A stretch of 64,000 nucleotides of DNA from Takakia lepidozioides (Eukaryota; Plantae; Bryophyta). The notes beneath the pieces were generated by a model that did not search any database, was not told the DNA's origin, and was given only the letters and a program-made list of their open reading frames with translations. The DNA lies in contig CM060733.1 in assembly GCA_030704615.1 (NCBI GenBank), positions 64,666,001 through 64,730,000 of the forward strand, read 5' to 3'. Positions 1 to 10,783 of the stretch are shown one piece after another (positions within the stretch are counted from its first letter, which is position 1; each line of letters starts with the position of its first letter). The translations under genes and the position numbers were made by a program.

Positions 1-88
1 TGTTTTTTGAGGATTAATAAGACACTACAGAGGGAATGAAATCTCCTGGATGACTTACTTGTTCACGTCGTGCATAGTTGTAAGAAGC

Positions 89-1763
89 CTAGCGATGTCG
101 TTTCCAGGATCCAAAACCATTGCCTCCACAGCAACATGCTTGTCTTTGTCTTTCGTATTTTGCCTCAGTCGAGGACATAGCAATTGTAGATTGTTTCTTG
201 CTGCTCCAGCTTACAGCTCCATTTGCTAGCATAAAAACATAGCCAGATGTAGAGTGGCGGTCATCAATATTACCAGCCCAATTTGCATCACAATAGCCGT
301 ATAGCTCTGTGCTTTTGCAAGCACTATCTGAGATACCATATGAACCCACTTGATCCAACTGAACATTATCATTGTTCTTTCTTAAGCACAAACCATAGTC
401 CAGTGTGCCTCTCAGATAACGAAAAATCCGTTTTATTGCAACCCAATGGAGTTGCCCAGGGTTAGCCACATATTGGCTTACAACCCCCACTGCTTGTGCT
501 TTGAGAGTTTGCAATTTGGGACAAACGGGGTATTTACCGGCATACTTTCAACCATACCAAAGCGCCTTAAGATATCTTCAAGATATTTACGCTGGTTCAG
601 GTAAATCGCTCGGTCTTGTCGAACACGAGTTACCGATACCCCCAAGCAGTACTAGATCTCTTTCAGATCCACCATCTCAAACTTCATTGAGATATCGCTC
701 ATTATCTTTTTCAACAGAGCCTGATCAACACATGATCACAAGATCTCTTTCAGATCCACCATCTCAAACCTCTTTGAGATATCACTTTGTCTTTCTCAAC
801 AAAGCCTGATCAACATATAATCACACGATCTTTTTCAGATCCACTATCTCAAACTCTTTTGAGATATTACTCTGTATGTGTTTCAACAGAGCCAAGTCAT
901 TAGAGACCAAAATCAGATCATCAACGTACAGTGTTATGATCACAAAAGAGTTTCCATGAGCCCTCTTATAGTAAACACTATAATCAGCAAAGCTCCTCTC
1001 AAACTCTTCAGCCATGAAATATGCATCAATCTTAGCATTCCATGCCTTAGGGGGATTGCTTCAAACCATACAAGGACTTGAGGAGCTTACACACCATCTT
1101 TTCCTTCCTTTTTACAGCAAATCCCTCCGGCTGGTCCATGTATATTTCTTCCATAAGATCTCCATTGAGAAATGTTGTACATACATCCATCTGATGTACC
1201 TCAAGATTTTCAACAGTAGCAAATGCTAGAATCACTTGAATTGACTTCATCCGTGCAACAGGGAAGAAGGTTTCATTGTAATCAATACCTTCAATTTGCG
1301 AGGACCCATTTGCAACCAAGCGCGCTTTGTACCTTGCTACAGAACCATCTGCATTGTACTTAATCTTGAAAATCCATTTGCAGCCAACAGACTGCCGTCC
1401 AGATGGAAGTTGAACAAGACTCCAGGGCAGAAGCATGCTACAGTGGCTCACTTTGCGAAATTTTTGTCCAGTCTAAACTAATCTACTTTTTTTTATATCT
1501 TTTTTTTATATGAACTTCAAATTAGGTGTTGCAATTTATTCTTGTTGTCAACTCAATTTGAAATCACCCAAAAATTGGTTTCCAAACAAAGTTGTTGTGT
1601 TTTGAAGATGAAAAATGAGAGTAGGGTAGAGTAGACTGGACAAAATTGAGCCACTGTAGCATGTTTCTGCCCTCCAAGTCTTATTATCCTGAAGAGACTT
1701 AAACTCAGATGTCATAGCTTCATTCCAGTGTGTGTACATCAAAGAGGCATGTGTCAGTAACAC
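89..1763 (-). mobile_element. Degenerate Ty1/copia pol fragment (RT + RNase H)
   Basis: WNEAMTSEFKSLQDNKTW (1548-1763), GCKWIFKIKY...YKARLVA...HQMDV..FLNG...SLYGLKQSP (1047-1451), LYVDDLIL (821-1015), YCDANWAG...STSGYVF...SWSSKKQ...SSTEA (89-514). Broken by frameshifts and insertions. Confidence 0.95.
654..900. repeat. ~86-bp tandem triplication inside the copia RT
   Basis: GATCTYTTTCAGATCCACYATCTCAAAC recurs at ~655, ~742 and ~827. Confidence 0.8.
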
Positions 1764-2329
1764 CCCTCTACCATATGTGAATGGTGTTAGGAAACAGACC
1801 GAGTTGGGGCAAGTGGTTGGCCAGACAACACTTTGGAGTCTAAAGTTACTGAAACTTATGGAGCTGCGGAAGGGATAGTCAGTATTGCACTGTTTAACAG
1901 AGTTCTTGATTCTAATAGCACTAGAACATACTAGCTACAACAATTCAGCCCATGTGTGGGCTTGCTTGTTTTTGGCTGGGCCTTTTGAGGCATGGATTTT
2001 TTGACCTTGTGGCTTTTGAGGTGTCCATTGGGACATTGGTCTCATTTGGATTTTTGTAATGTGATTTATAGGGCTTGTATTGCCTTGTAGTTGACTATTT
2101 TCATTCTCCTTGTGGTTGATAGTATGCAGGAGGGATCCATTCTGTTTTCATGTTGGAATTTCACCATGTAATGAAGATTTTAAATCATTTAATTCACTTT
2201 CATTTTAAATAATAATATTAAAAATAATACCATTAAAAAATAAATTCCAAGGCTGCAATCTCCATGTTCTTTTAAATATTAAATGAAAACTAAAAAATAA
2301 AATATGAACATTAAAAATATAAATTATTT

Positions 2330-3050
2330 CGGAAACAATCTTGATGACACGTGGCATCACTCTTGCTCAAACCAGAACACGTGGCAGTATATGACACGAC
2401 ATTCTTTATCCATATTTTCACCACGTGTAAAGATCCGTAGTCATATATGCTAGTCATATATTTTGTCTGTGTGCCACATGTCACATCTCAAGTGCAACAG
2501 GTGTCCCGCTAACAACTCTTCATGTAGACATCCCTGTAGTCATATGAGCGAGTCATGTAGTCACCACGTGTGAAATCTGCCATAGCACATGTGTCCCGCT
2601 AGCGCCTCTTCATGTAGGCATCACTGTGCAGACATGTAGTCATATGATCATGGCAAGAAGTCGTGACATGTCAAATTCGCAGTGGCGCACGTGTCCATCC
2701 GTCGCCTCTCCATGTAGGCATCACTTTGCAGACATATAGTCATATGATCCCCTGACGAATGCATGACGTGTCGCTTGCGCAGTGGCGCACGTGTCCCGCT
2801 GAAGCCTCTCCATGTAGGCAGCGCTCAACAGACAATATAGTTTAGTCATATAGTTGTGACTGCAACCCTCTCTGCAGCAGGACTCCAGGTACCACGCAAG
2901 CAGTCACGGATATGACTTGCAAAACGCAATCCTAAAGACTAGTCGCTATGACAGGGCTTTTTTCACTACAGAGTGATGTAGTCATGAATGCATATAAGAC
3001 TGAAAAAATAGTCATATGTGAAGTCATAAAAATGCTCATCTGTTGTAGTG
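2330..3050. mobile_element. CACTA (En/Spm)-like element end with subterminal repeats
   Basis: Ends ...TGTTGTAGTG at 3050 (reverse complement CACTACAACAGATG). Preceded by many TAGTCATA(T) motifs and ~100-bp imperfect repeats (CATGTAGGCATCAC..., GTGTCCCGCT). Partner end and TSD not found. Confidence 0.6.
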
Positions 3051-4850
3051 CATATTAGTCCGGGACCTGATACATAGTATGTTGAACATAGCGGCAAAGA
3101 TTGAAAGCAAACGAAAATCATTTGGATGGGCAACCATTCAATCGCCCATTGAATGAATGGGGTTTCGTCTTCGATTATATTGGGACCTGTTACATGGTAT
3201 GCCCTTTGAAGGTCTTTTTGTAGTGTCTCCTGCCTCGTAATGCGGTGTTTCTCCATGTCCACTTTATCCAATATGTTAATATTCTCCACCTGGAACAGAT
3301 CCACATATGTGTGCAGAAATCCTTAAAAAAACAAATGACCATCTCAACTTTTATAAGCCTCATCCCCAGCTTCCAGTTTTGATGGTCATTTATTTTTTTA
3401 AGTTATATACGCATGTGTGGATATGTTCTAGATGGAAGATATTAGCATTGGAAAGCACCTCATTATGAAGCAAAAGACATTACAGAAGACCTCAGCATGT
3501 TGAACATCTGGATGAAGAACCTTGCCCGTCGTCGCTTCAAAGTTCTAGCGTTTCTGAAATGATCACATGTTTGTTGGTGGAAGCAGATCTCGTAGGCCAC
3601 ATTGATCTCGTACCCATCGAAGACTCCCGTAGGCCACACAGAACGGTTCATGTGATACATTTTCACAAATGCGATGTGATACATTTGTGAAATGGTATCA
3701 CATCAACCGGTTAATGTGGCCAATGCACGTCTTCCGCACCATGGCGGAAATGTTCGCCACTTGAAAGCACAAACACAAATAATCCGTGCAAACAATATCA
3801 AGAATCATATGTACTGCAAGGTGTTTCATACTGCCGATGTTCATGTAGCAGAATTATTTATGAATCGTTTTGCTACTCCCATGCTAACAACATCAGGTCC
3901 ACTGCGACTGTCATATTCCGAATTCCGTATCAGCCACCACGGACATGAAACCAAGAACTTCGCACAAAATCTCCAATTCATTCAATTTATGGTGGGCCAT
4001 GGCTGCAGCCTGCAAGCTGGCCGGGGTGGTTGATACGTCCGTTTGAACATGACAGTCTCAGAGGACGTTGGCATGGGAATAGCAAAAAGAGTACTATAGA
4101 ATTCAGCTAGAGAAACAACAATAGCATGAAACACCTTACCGTAAATATGATTGTTGACATTGGTTGTGACAGCTCCAATCAATAGAAAACTTGCACCATC
4201 GGTTGCGCTCCAATAGCAGTACTGGTCCCCCGAGTAAATAAAATTCCGTTGTAAATAATAAATTGCATACGCTCGAACCTCACAAATGTCATTTCAATAA
4301 AAACCGGCCGTGTATTATGACACTGTTTGTAACTGCGAATGTTTCAATGTTTCTGACAGGGTACTGAGAAAATGATATATTGGATCCATAGGAGTTGGAC
4401 AACAAACGTTCCATATCTCATTTAACTGTGTGATACTACCATGAGTGGCATGGATAAAAAAGTAATAGGTGTACATGCGACCTCCGCACGTTTAAGTAGA
4501 GACCTAGTATCAAACGTTCGGAGGTCACATGTGCACCTATTACTTTCCGATCCATGCCTCTCATGGTAGTGTCGCACAGTTGAATGAGAGGAGACGTTTG
4601 TTGTCTAACTCCTACATAACTAATACATCGTTTTCTCATAACCCTATCCGAAACCTTGGAACATTACAAATATAAACAGTGAGCTAGTACACAAACCATT
4701 TATGTTGCGATGACAGGTGCCAGGGTCGAACATATGCAATGTAGTATTTACAATGGGACTTTATTTATTACATGCACGATCAAAATTGAGTTATGTCTTC
4801 ATAAAAGAACCATTGTACCGCCAGAAATGTCATATCTATAAGACTATGGT

Positions 4851-6323
4851 CTACTCCGTTCTATATACGTCTTTCGGCTCAAGCCTATTGAATGGCTTGC
4901 CCATGAACTGAAGTACTACATGGGCTAATGTGACTCTCTCATTCTTGTTGTTGTCGTACAACCTTTGTAGCATTGAATGCCAACAATCTCCCGTAAATTG
5001 GTCCTGGAACATACTTTGATCATAATGAACGCCGCCATTTATTCGTACCGCTATCTTCCCAACGGCAAAAGCCTCCGACGTCATGTCCTGGGGGGGGGGG
5101 GGGGGGGGGGGGGCGTGGCATTCGCATTGAAAACTGATGCAATATCTTTTTCCACCCACCATCTTTTCGCGAGTTCCCGGTCCAGCTTGTCTTGGTTTTC
5201 AAACTGGTACGACAAGGCTTTGCGTATGCCCAATGGGGTGGCTAAGCCCCAATCACACACCCCAATCTTGATCTCCTCGGTGTCATCTGGAAAATGCAAC
5301 AAGATGTTGTCGGGAGACAAGTCGTTGTGCATGACACCGTTCTTGTGGACAGCATCCATGATGCACACTAGTGCCCATGCAAGTTTACTGCGCACTTTCC
5401 GGAAACGAAGCAAGCGATCGCATTTCTGGAACTCTGCTTCCATTCCCATTTGTTCCAAAATCATCATGTTGTCCGAATCGTTGTCATTTTCTGTCAAGGT
5501 TCATCATGTCGCGTATTGTCCCCCTATTCCACCAGCGAGTGTAACCCTCTACCTCACGTGCATTCACAGCAAAATACGAGATAACACCTAGATGTTGGAA
5601 CTTCACTGCTAAACACTCGTCGTTATGTTGTCACAACGCCTTTTCTGGATTTTTGGACTTGGGTTTTTTTCCCGCTAGCTCCCAACGCTCCGGTATTCTA
5701 GAATCACCAACAATCCTACAGTGACGGACCTTAGCATACCCTCCTTATTTGTAAGGGCCAATCTCTACCACCTTCGCACTAGAGTTCAGGTAATAAAGAC
5801 CAGTTGTGCCTCCCCCGCCCGATGACCCCGTCTTCCAAGGGACAACCCTAGTCCGGCGATGTGAATTCTGACTTGCCGAGCAAGCCCAATACTCAACACG
5901 CCGCATTAACTCGGCTTCGGCGGAGGGCACTCGACCCTCGGTTGTTCTACCCTTCCATGTCTTCATTAGCTGCCTCAAATTCCACGTGGCATCTTTCGCC
6001 CAGCTTTGGATCCACCGATTGAACTTCGGCTTGTCCCTGTCCGCCGTCCACTTAGCCCCCGCCAAAGCGTTTGTCATTTTCCTCTCCATATTTTGCTGGA
6101 AAATCTGAAACCCCTCCTATCCATGCCTAACATAAGCACTCTCCAGCCTCATCATGTCTCTACCCTTGAAATAATCCGCTACAACTTCTTTCACCCTATC
6201 CAAGGCATCCGGTCCCGGGTAGTCTAGCTTGTTGATCTGGCTATCCCGCTTGTGCGCACGTTTTCTCTTCCTCCGCCCCCCAGACGATCCCGCCCCAAAA
6301 CTTGAATTCACAACCCCCGACAT
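4851..6323 (-). pseudogene. Intronless protein kinase pseudogene (HND catalytic loop, DWG motif)
   Basis: Manual translation across stops and frameshifts: GPYK*GGYAKV (Gly loop), ELAGKK (subdomain II), DECLAVKFQHLGVI, WWNRGTIRDMM (hinge), VHKNGVMHNDLSPDNILL, GVCDWGLA. The C-lobe continues after the G-run frameshift at ~5090-5113. Confidence 0.85.
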
Positions 6324-6642
6324 TGTATAAATCTTTGCCCACTACAGGGTCCAAAACCTCAGAAAAATGGCAATGAACGCGTGTGGATGATGTCTTCGTA
6401 GTTTTCTGCAAAAAAACAGGCCGCCGGAGATCCGGAAACGGCAAAATAATGATACAATGATTGTACCGTGAACAAGTGTGTGGGACTGACCAATAGAAAA
6501 CCGACAAAACCTCCCCCCCCAAATAATCACCTTTGCACCTCCCGTTGGCAGTGCCAAGCAACGAAGTCCGAAAGGACTACAGGATGCCAAGGAACCACAC
6601 CACAAGAGGGGCAAAAGTGATCAGAAAACGAGGGGGGAATGG

Positions 6643-6651
6643 TTTATATAG
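6643..6651 (-). promoter_or_regulatory. Putative TATA box of the kinase gene
   Basis: CTATATAAA on the minus strand ~320 nt upstream of the kinase ATG. CACGTG boxes lie further upstream (~6730, ~6852). Confidence 0.4.
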
Positions 6652-6976
6652 GTGCCCTCCAGACCCCCCCCCCCCCCAAAAAAAATGGCATTATGCTTGA
6701 AAAGGCGCGACATGCCAGTGGCGCCTCGCCACGTGTCAGAGTGGCGCGACTGGCCAGTCGCACCTCGCCACGCGCACCCACATGGGAGAGGTCAAGGGTT
6801 CAAAACCACCTCCCCCATTTGTTTCATTTTTCCTGACCCGTGGCACCTTGCCACGTGGCTGGCCGAGGCGCCGCTTCATGATTGCAAATAAAAAACAAAA
6901 CGCCACACGGCGGGTCCTTGGATTTCTAAGAAAAAAAAAAACACGCGACCGCTTATTTTAAAATGTAATAAAATAC

Positions 6977-7281
6977 AAGCGACCGCCAATATGGGCGGTC
7001 GCTTTCATTTAAAAATAAATAAATTACGGACGACCGCCAATATGGCGGTCGCTTCATTTAAAAATAAATAAATTACGGGCGACCGCAAATATGGGCGGTC
7101 GTTCATTTATAAATAAATAAATTACGGGCGATCGCCAATATGGGAGGTCGCTTCATTTAAAAATAAATAAATTACGGGCGACCGCCTATATGGGCGGTCG
7201 CTTCATTTAAAAATAAATAAATTACGGGCGACCGCAAATATGGGCGGTCGCTTCATTTATAAATAAATAAATTACGGGCGA
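6977..7281. repeat. ~59-60-bp tandem array, each unit with a GC hairpin
   Basis: About 5.5 copies of AAATAAATAAATTACGG-GCGACCGCC-AATAT(G)-GGCGGTCGC-TTCATTTA. Confidence 0.95.
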
Positions 7282-7516
7282 GCAGCACACACAAGAGGTC
7301 CTTTCAGGTTGATGGTCGGTCAAATCCTCCATCGGTCAGGACAGGTCAAGTACAATGTGGTAGGGCACCTTCTTCTTTGTGTACAAATTGGCTCTCCTGG
7401 CTAAAAAACACTCAAAAAACAATCCGCGCGTTTTTTAATGCACCTACACAAGGCAATGAGGTTACTAAGGAGGCATGGAATTTGCCAGGCTGGGATTAGC
7501 CTTACAACGTCACATT

Positions 7517-8220
7517 TCATGAATGGATCACTGATGTCACTAGCAAGGGAAGGATGTCCTCCGAGTCCGAGGAATCCTCCGAGGAGTCAGTGGTTGCGAT
7601 GGCAGCCTTTGGCGGCAGTCGTTGAACCCCTTCCAGATGGGATCCCCACACGGATCTGTCCTCCTCGAAGGCAAATACGTGCCGGTCGAAAAACCAGCCA
7701 GCCCACATTGAGGCACCAGAGACAAGGGCATCCACTCATTACGCACACATGGCCCTTCAGAAATGGAGGATTTGAACATAATGAAAATTCGAAAAACAGA
7801 GTAGTACCAAAATCTGCATACCTGTCCACAGATGAGGTCGAGCACTCTGCCCTCCAGTGAGCTGCATGTCTCCATAATGGTCTGGATGAAGGGAGGGCTC
7901 CGAGTCCGTGAATACCGCAGGGGATCCATTGAAGTGAGGCTATGAGGGAGGAGTTCCGTGGTAACGTTGTTGAACATGACGTCGTAATCGATGGGGTCGC
8001 AGTTTGGGTCAACCAACAATCCATCCTTCTGGAAAGCAAAGGTCGAGTTCTCTTTCACAAAGCAGTATGCATCGAACTGCTTCGTCTGCAAACACAGTGG
8101 AAAATTATCAGAATGCGAATTTGGCACTACATTTCAAATCAGCTTAAAAAATGCCACCAGGGTTGCCAATGTGGTAATTACCATCTTCCCTTCCGAGCGA
8201 AGGCCCAATGTGTTGATGCA
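7517..8220 (-). pseudogene. Beta-class N4C/N6A DNA methyltransferase-like gene, copy 1 (5'-truncated)
   Basis: Exons CINTLGLRSEGKM | intron 8181-8086 (GT..AG) | TKQFDAYCFV...PLRYSRTRSPPFIQTIMETCSSLEGRVLDLICG(T)G | intron 7821-7717 (acceptor decayed to TG) | ASMWAGWFFDRHVFAFEED. This matches motifs X-I-II of the N6_N4_Mtase family. An inferred 1-nt deletion lies in GTG. Confidence 0.75.
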
Positions 8221-8421
8221 CGGGGATTACTAGTCCGTGAGCGGCTCATGTGAGCGGGAAGATGCCAATCCGTGAGCAGAAAGATGCGCCAAAGGGTGCA
8301 TGGGCCTACAATCACGGATGATTTAGACCCGGGAGACCTATTCCCGCGGGAACAAGTGGACATGCCATGGCTTAGGGGTACATTGTGGGCCCGAAAATGG
8401 TGCATTTCTTTCTGTGGCACT

Positions 8422-8642
8422 TATAGTCTGCACCGACTATTGGCTTGTACGTTCGTTGTTGGTTGGTTTGTTGTCACACCATGTCTCTGGCACTTATAGT
8501 CTGCACCGAGTACGTGGTTATCTGTTCCTTGTTGTTCGGTTATTTTTGCAGCCATGTCCATGGTATGTATAGTCTGCACCGACTATCTGGTTATGTAGCA
8601 TTATTGGTCAGGCATTGCGGAAATAGTTATAGTCTGCACCGA
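8422..8642. repeat. Four copies of TATAGTCTGCACCGA
   Basis: Exact 15-mer at 8422, 8495, 8568 and 8628 (spacing 73/73/60). The spacers are diverged but related. Confidence 0.9.
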
Positions 8643-8680
8643 CCATGTCTTTGTTTTGATGCCAATTTCGACGTATGCAG

Positions 8681-9795
8681 GGTCTGCAGCTAGAGGACAA
8701 TGCTGCAATGCCGAATGTCAACATGTTAGAGGCCGTACATGCGAGCTAGCAGGCGGGCAGCGGTGTGTTAAAGGTTGACCTGTATACGGCCACCCGGAAT
8801 GACATGATGAGGGTAATTCTGCAATCATCTAATTACAACAACTACCTGAAGGGTGGTGCAAAGAGTTCCGGACCTGACCGCGAACCCAAAAAATAAAATA
8901 AAAAATGACGCCTCCTGAAGGGATGACCGCGAACAATTACTAGCGCGTGCGACATCCTGCTTGTCTGACCCTGCTAAAATGGCTGAAGCGGTGAGGTCCT
9001 TTGTGGATGGCACTGAGCTTTATGGTAGAAATCCAGGGCTGGAGGGTGACCTTCTCACGAGAACAACAAAACGGAAGATTGTTTTGGGCAAATTGCAAGA
9101 TGAGGAACACGTTCATTCTTGGAGGTCTGACTTAAACCTCCAAATGACACCCATGTGACCTGAAGGTACCGGTGGATTAAGAGCGAGCACAAGTACCGTG
9201 GACATGTCTATTGAAACTTTGGAGGATGAGCTTCCAGTACAGAACAAGAAGCCTATTTTGGAGACCGTGTCAGGCGGAGGTTGACGCCTTGACCAAGGTA
9301 GGATTCCGACTTGTTCCTCTAGAGGTTATGAGCAATGCGCACGGTGAATGGGACAGCCGTGCGGAAGATTGCAACAACCTTGATCCGGACACATACGCAA
9401 CAAAAAGATGGGACAGAGTCTTCCGGTGGAAGAAACGGTCAGCCCTGGCGCGAAAGAAGATCAACCTAGCACAATCTTTGAAGGCCACGGTGCAATCGTT
9501 CAAATATGTTCTCCGCCCTGGAATTGGGCGTGTGTACACATTGTGCACACCGGGATCAGCCAAAGCAGGGGAGGTGTACAATGTTTGCATCTCCAGAAAT
9601 CCAGAGTGCACCTGCCTTAACTTTGACAAAATGAAATGTGCAAAAGGACCTTACACCCACTGCAAGCACATTTACTACATTATGTTGCGCCGTTTGAAGA
9701 TGCGGGAAGACCAGGAGATGATAGATCACGCTTCTCTCACAGTAAATGAGGTCAAGGAAATTTTAGTTCGTGACCCATGTCCTTGGGTCCCATAG
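8681..9795 (+). pseudogene. SWIM zinc-finger protein, probable MULE-like transposase C-terminal part
   Basis: SWIM motif YNVCISRNPECTCLNF...HCKHIYYI in ORF 9211-9795. The upstream broken frame after an AG at 8680 reads PNVNMLEAVHAS*...YLKGGAKSSGP, resembling the NxxE-xH motif around the terminal catalytic Glu of MULE-type transposases. Confidence 0.6.
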
Positions 9796-10012
9796 TGACC
9801 CCAGAGATATCTTGGTCTCTTCAGATCCATTTTTGTGACGCTGTAGTGCCTTGAGCAACCTTGGGACCTCATGCATGCTGAAATGCCCTTAACATTGTTT
9901 TCTAACGGATATTAAACTGCAACACGAAAAGTTTGTTTTGTCGGATCTGCCGTAGTATCACACAATGGGAATCCTGTGTTCCGTGCCGACTATATCGTGA
10001 ATGATCTCTTGG

Positions 10013-10780
10013 TTGGGACCGAAGTCGGAGGCTCCCAGTCCAAGATTGCTCTCACATTTCTGTCATCCATTTTGATCCCATCCTGTGTAATCACATGCCC
10101 CAAGAACTCCATTTTTGTGACCCCGAATTCGCACTTTGAAGCTTTGGCATACAACTTCTACTGACAGGTGCTGGCACCCTTGCTGGTGCTGGTCCTTCTG
10201 AACCTGTTGTTTTTGTGGTGGATCTTCCACCAAGTGGTGGCCCTTGAGCACTCCTTGCTTCTGGCCCCACGATATTCACAGTATTCCCAGCTTCAGTTGC
10301 ACTACTTCCCACACTCCCTGTCCCCCCAGAGCCAAATCCAGGCAGCCCGCCTGATCCCCCTGAGCCGACACCTTCGTTGGCCTGTGATCCAAGTGCTCCA
10401 CTTGATCCAGGTCCAACAGGTTGGGATGGCAAATAAACCTACTGTCAGCAAAAGAGTGGGCCGTGGAGGAGCCACACGAGCCCCAGTTTTTGCTTTACGT
10501 AAGACAAGTGGAAGGAGACGATAGGGAGCCGAGCCCAGACTGGATCAAGGGGATCATGGAGAAATACCAGGATGTGATGCCGGAGGATTTACCAAGCGGC
10601 TTGTCACCGCGAAGAGGAGATTGAGGTGATACAGGGATCGGAGCCGCCTGCTAAGGCACCCTACCGGTTGAACCACAGAGAGTTCAGCTCAAGGATCTAA
10701 TGTCAAAGGGGTACATCAGGCCGAGTAAGTCACCTTACGGAGCCCCGGTGCTATTCGCAGACAAGAAGGATGGGACGCTC
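10013..10780. mobile_element. Rearranged gypsy pol fragments (same family as 38-42 kb)
   Basis: 10013-10160 matches ~39075-39215 in the same orientation. 10426-10780 matches ~39610-39990 inverted (PSPDWIKGI...[16 protein letters not shown]). Confidence 0.85.
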
Positions 10781-10783
10781 ATA

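Noticed and set aside
5090-5113. Poly-Pro/Gly tracts from long G/C homopolymers (also ~17089, ~42663, ~51410)
   Set aside because: Homopolymer length is error-prone or hypermutable, so frameshifts there are not interpreted as programmed.
8422-8642. CRISPR-like repeat/spacer pattern
   Set aside because: The repeat is only 15 bp, the spacers are related to each other, there are no cas genes and the context is eukaryotic.
2964-9848. CACTACAG...CTGTAGTG as paired TIRs bounding the kinase/MTase cluster
   Set aside because: Only an 8-bp exact match, the flanking 3-bp sequences differ (TTT versus CCT), and 2964 lies inside another element's subterminal region.
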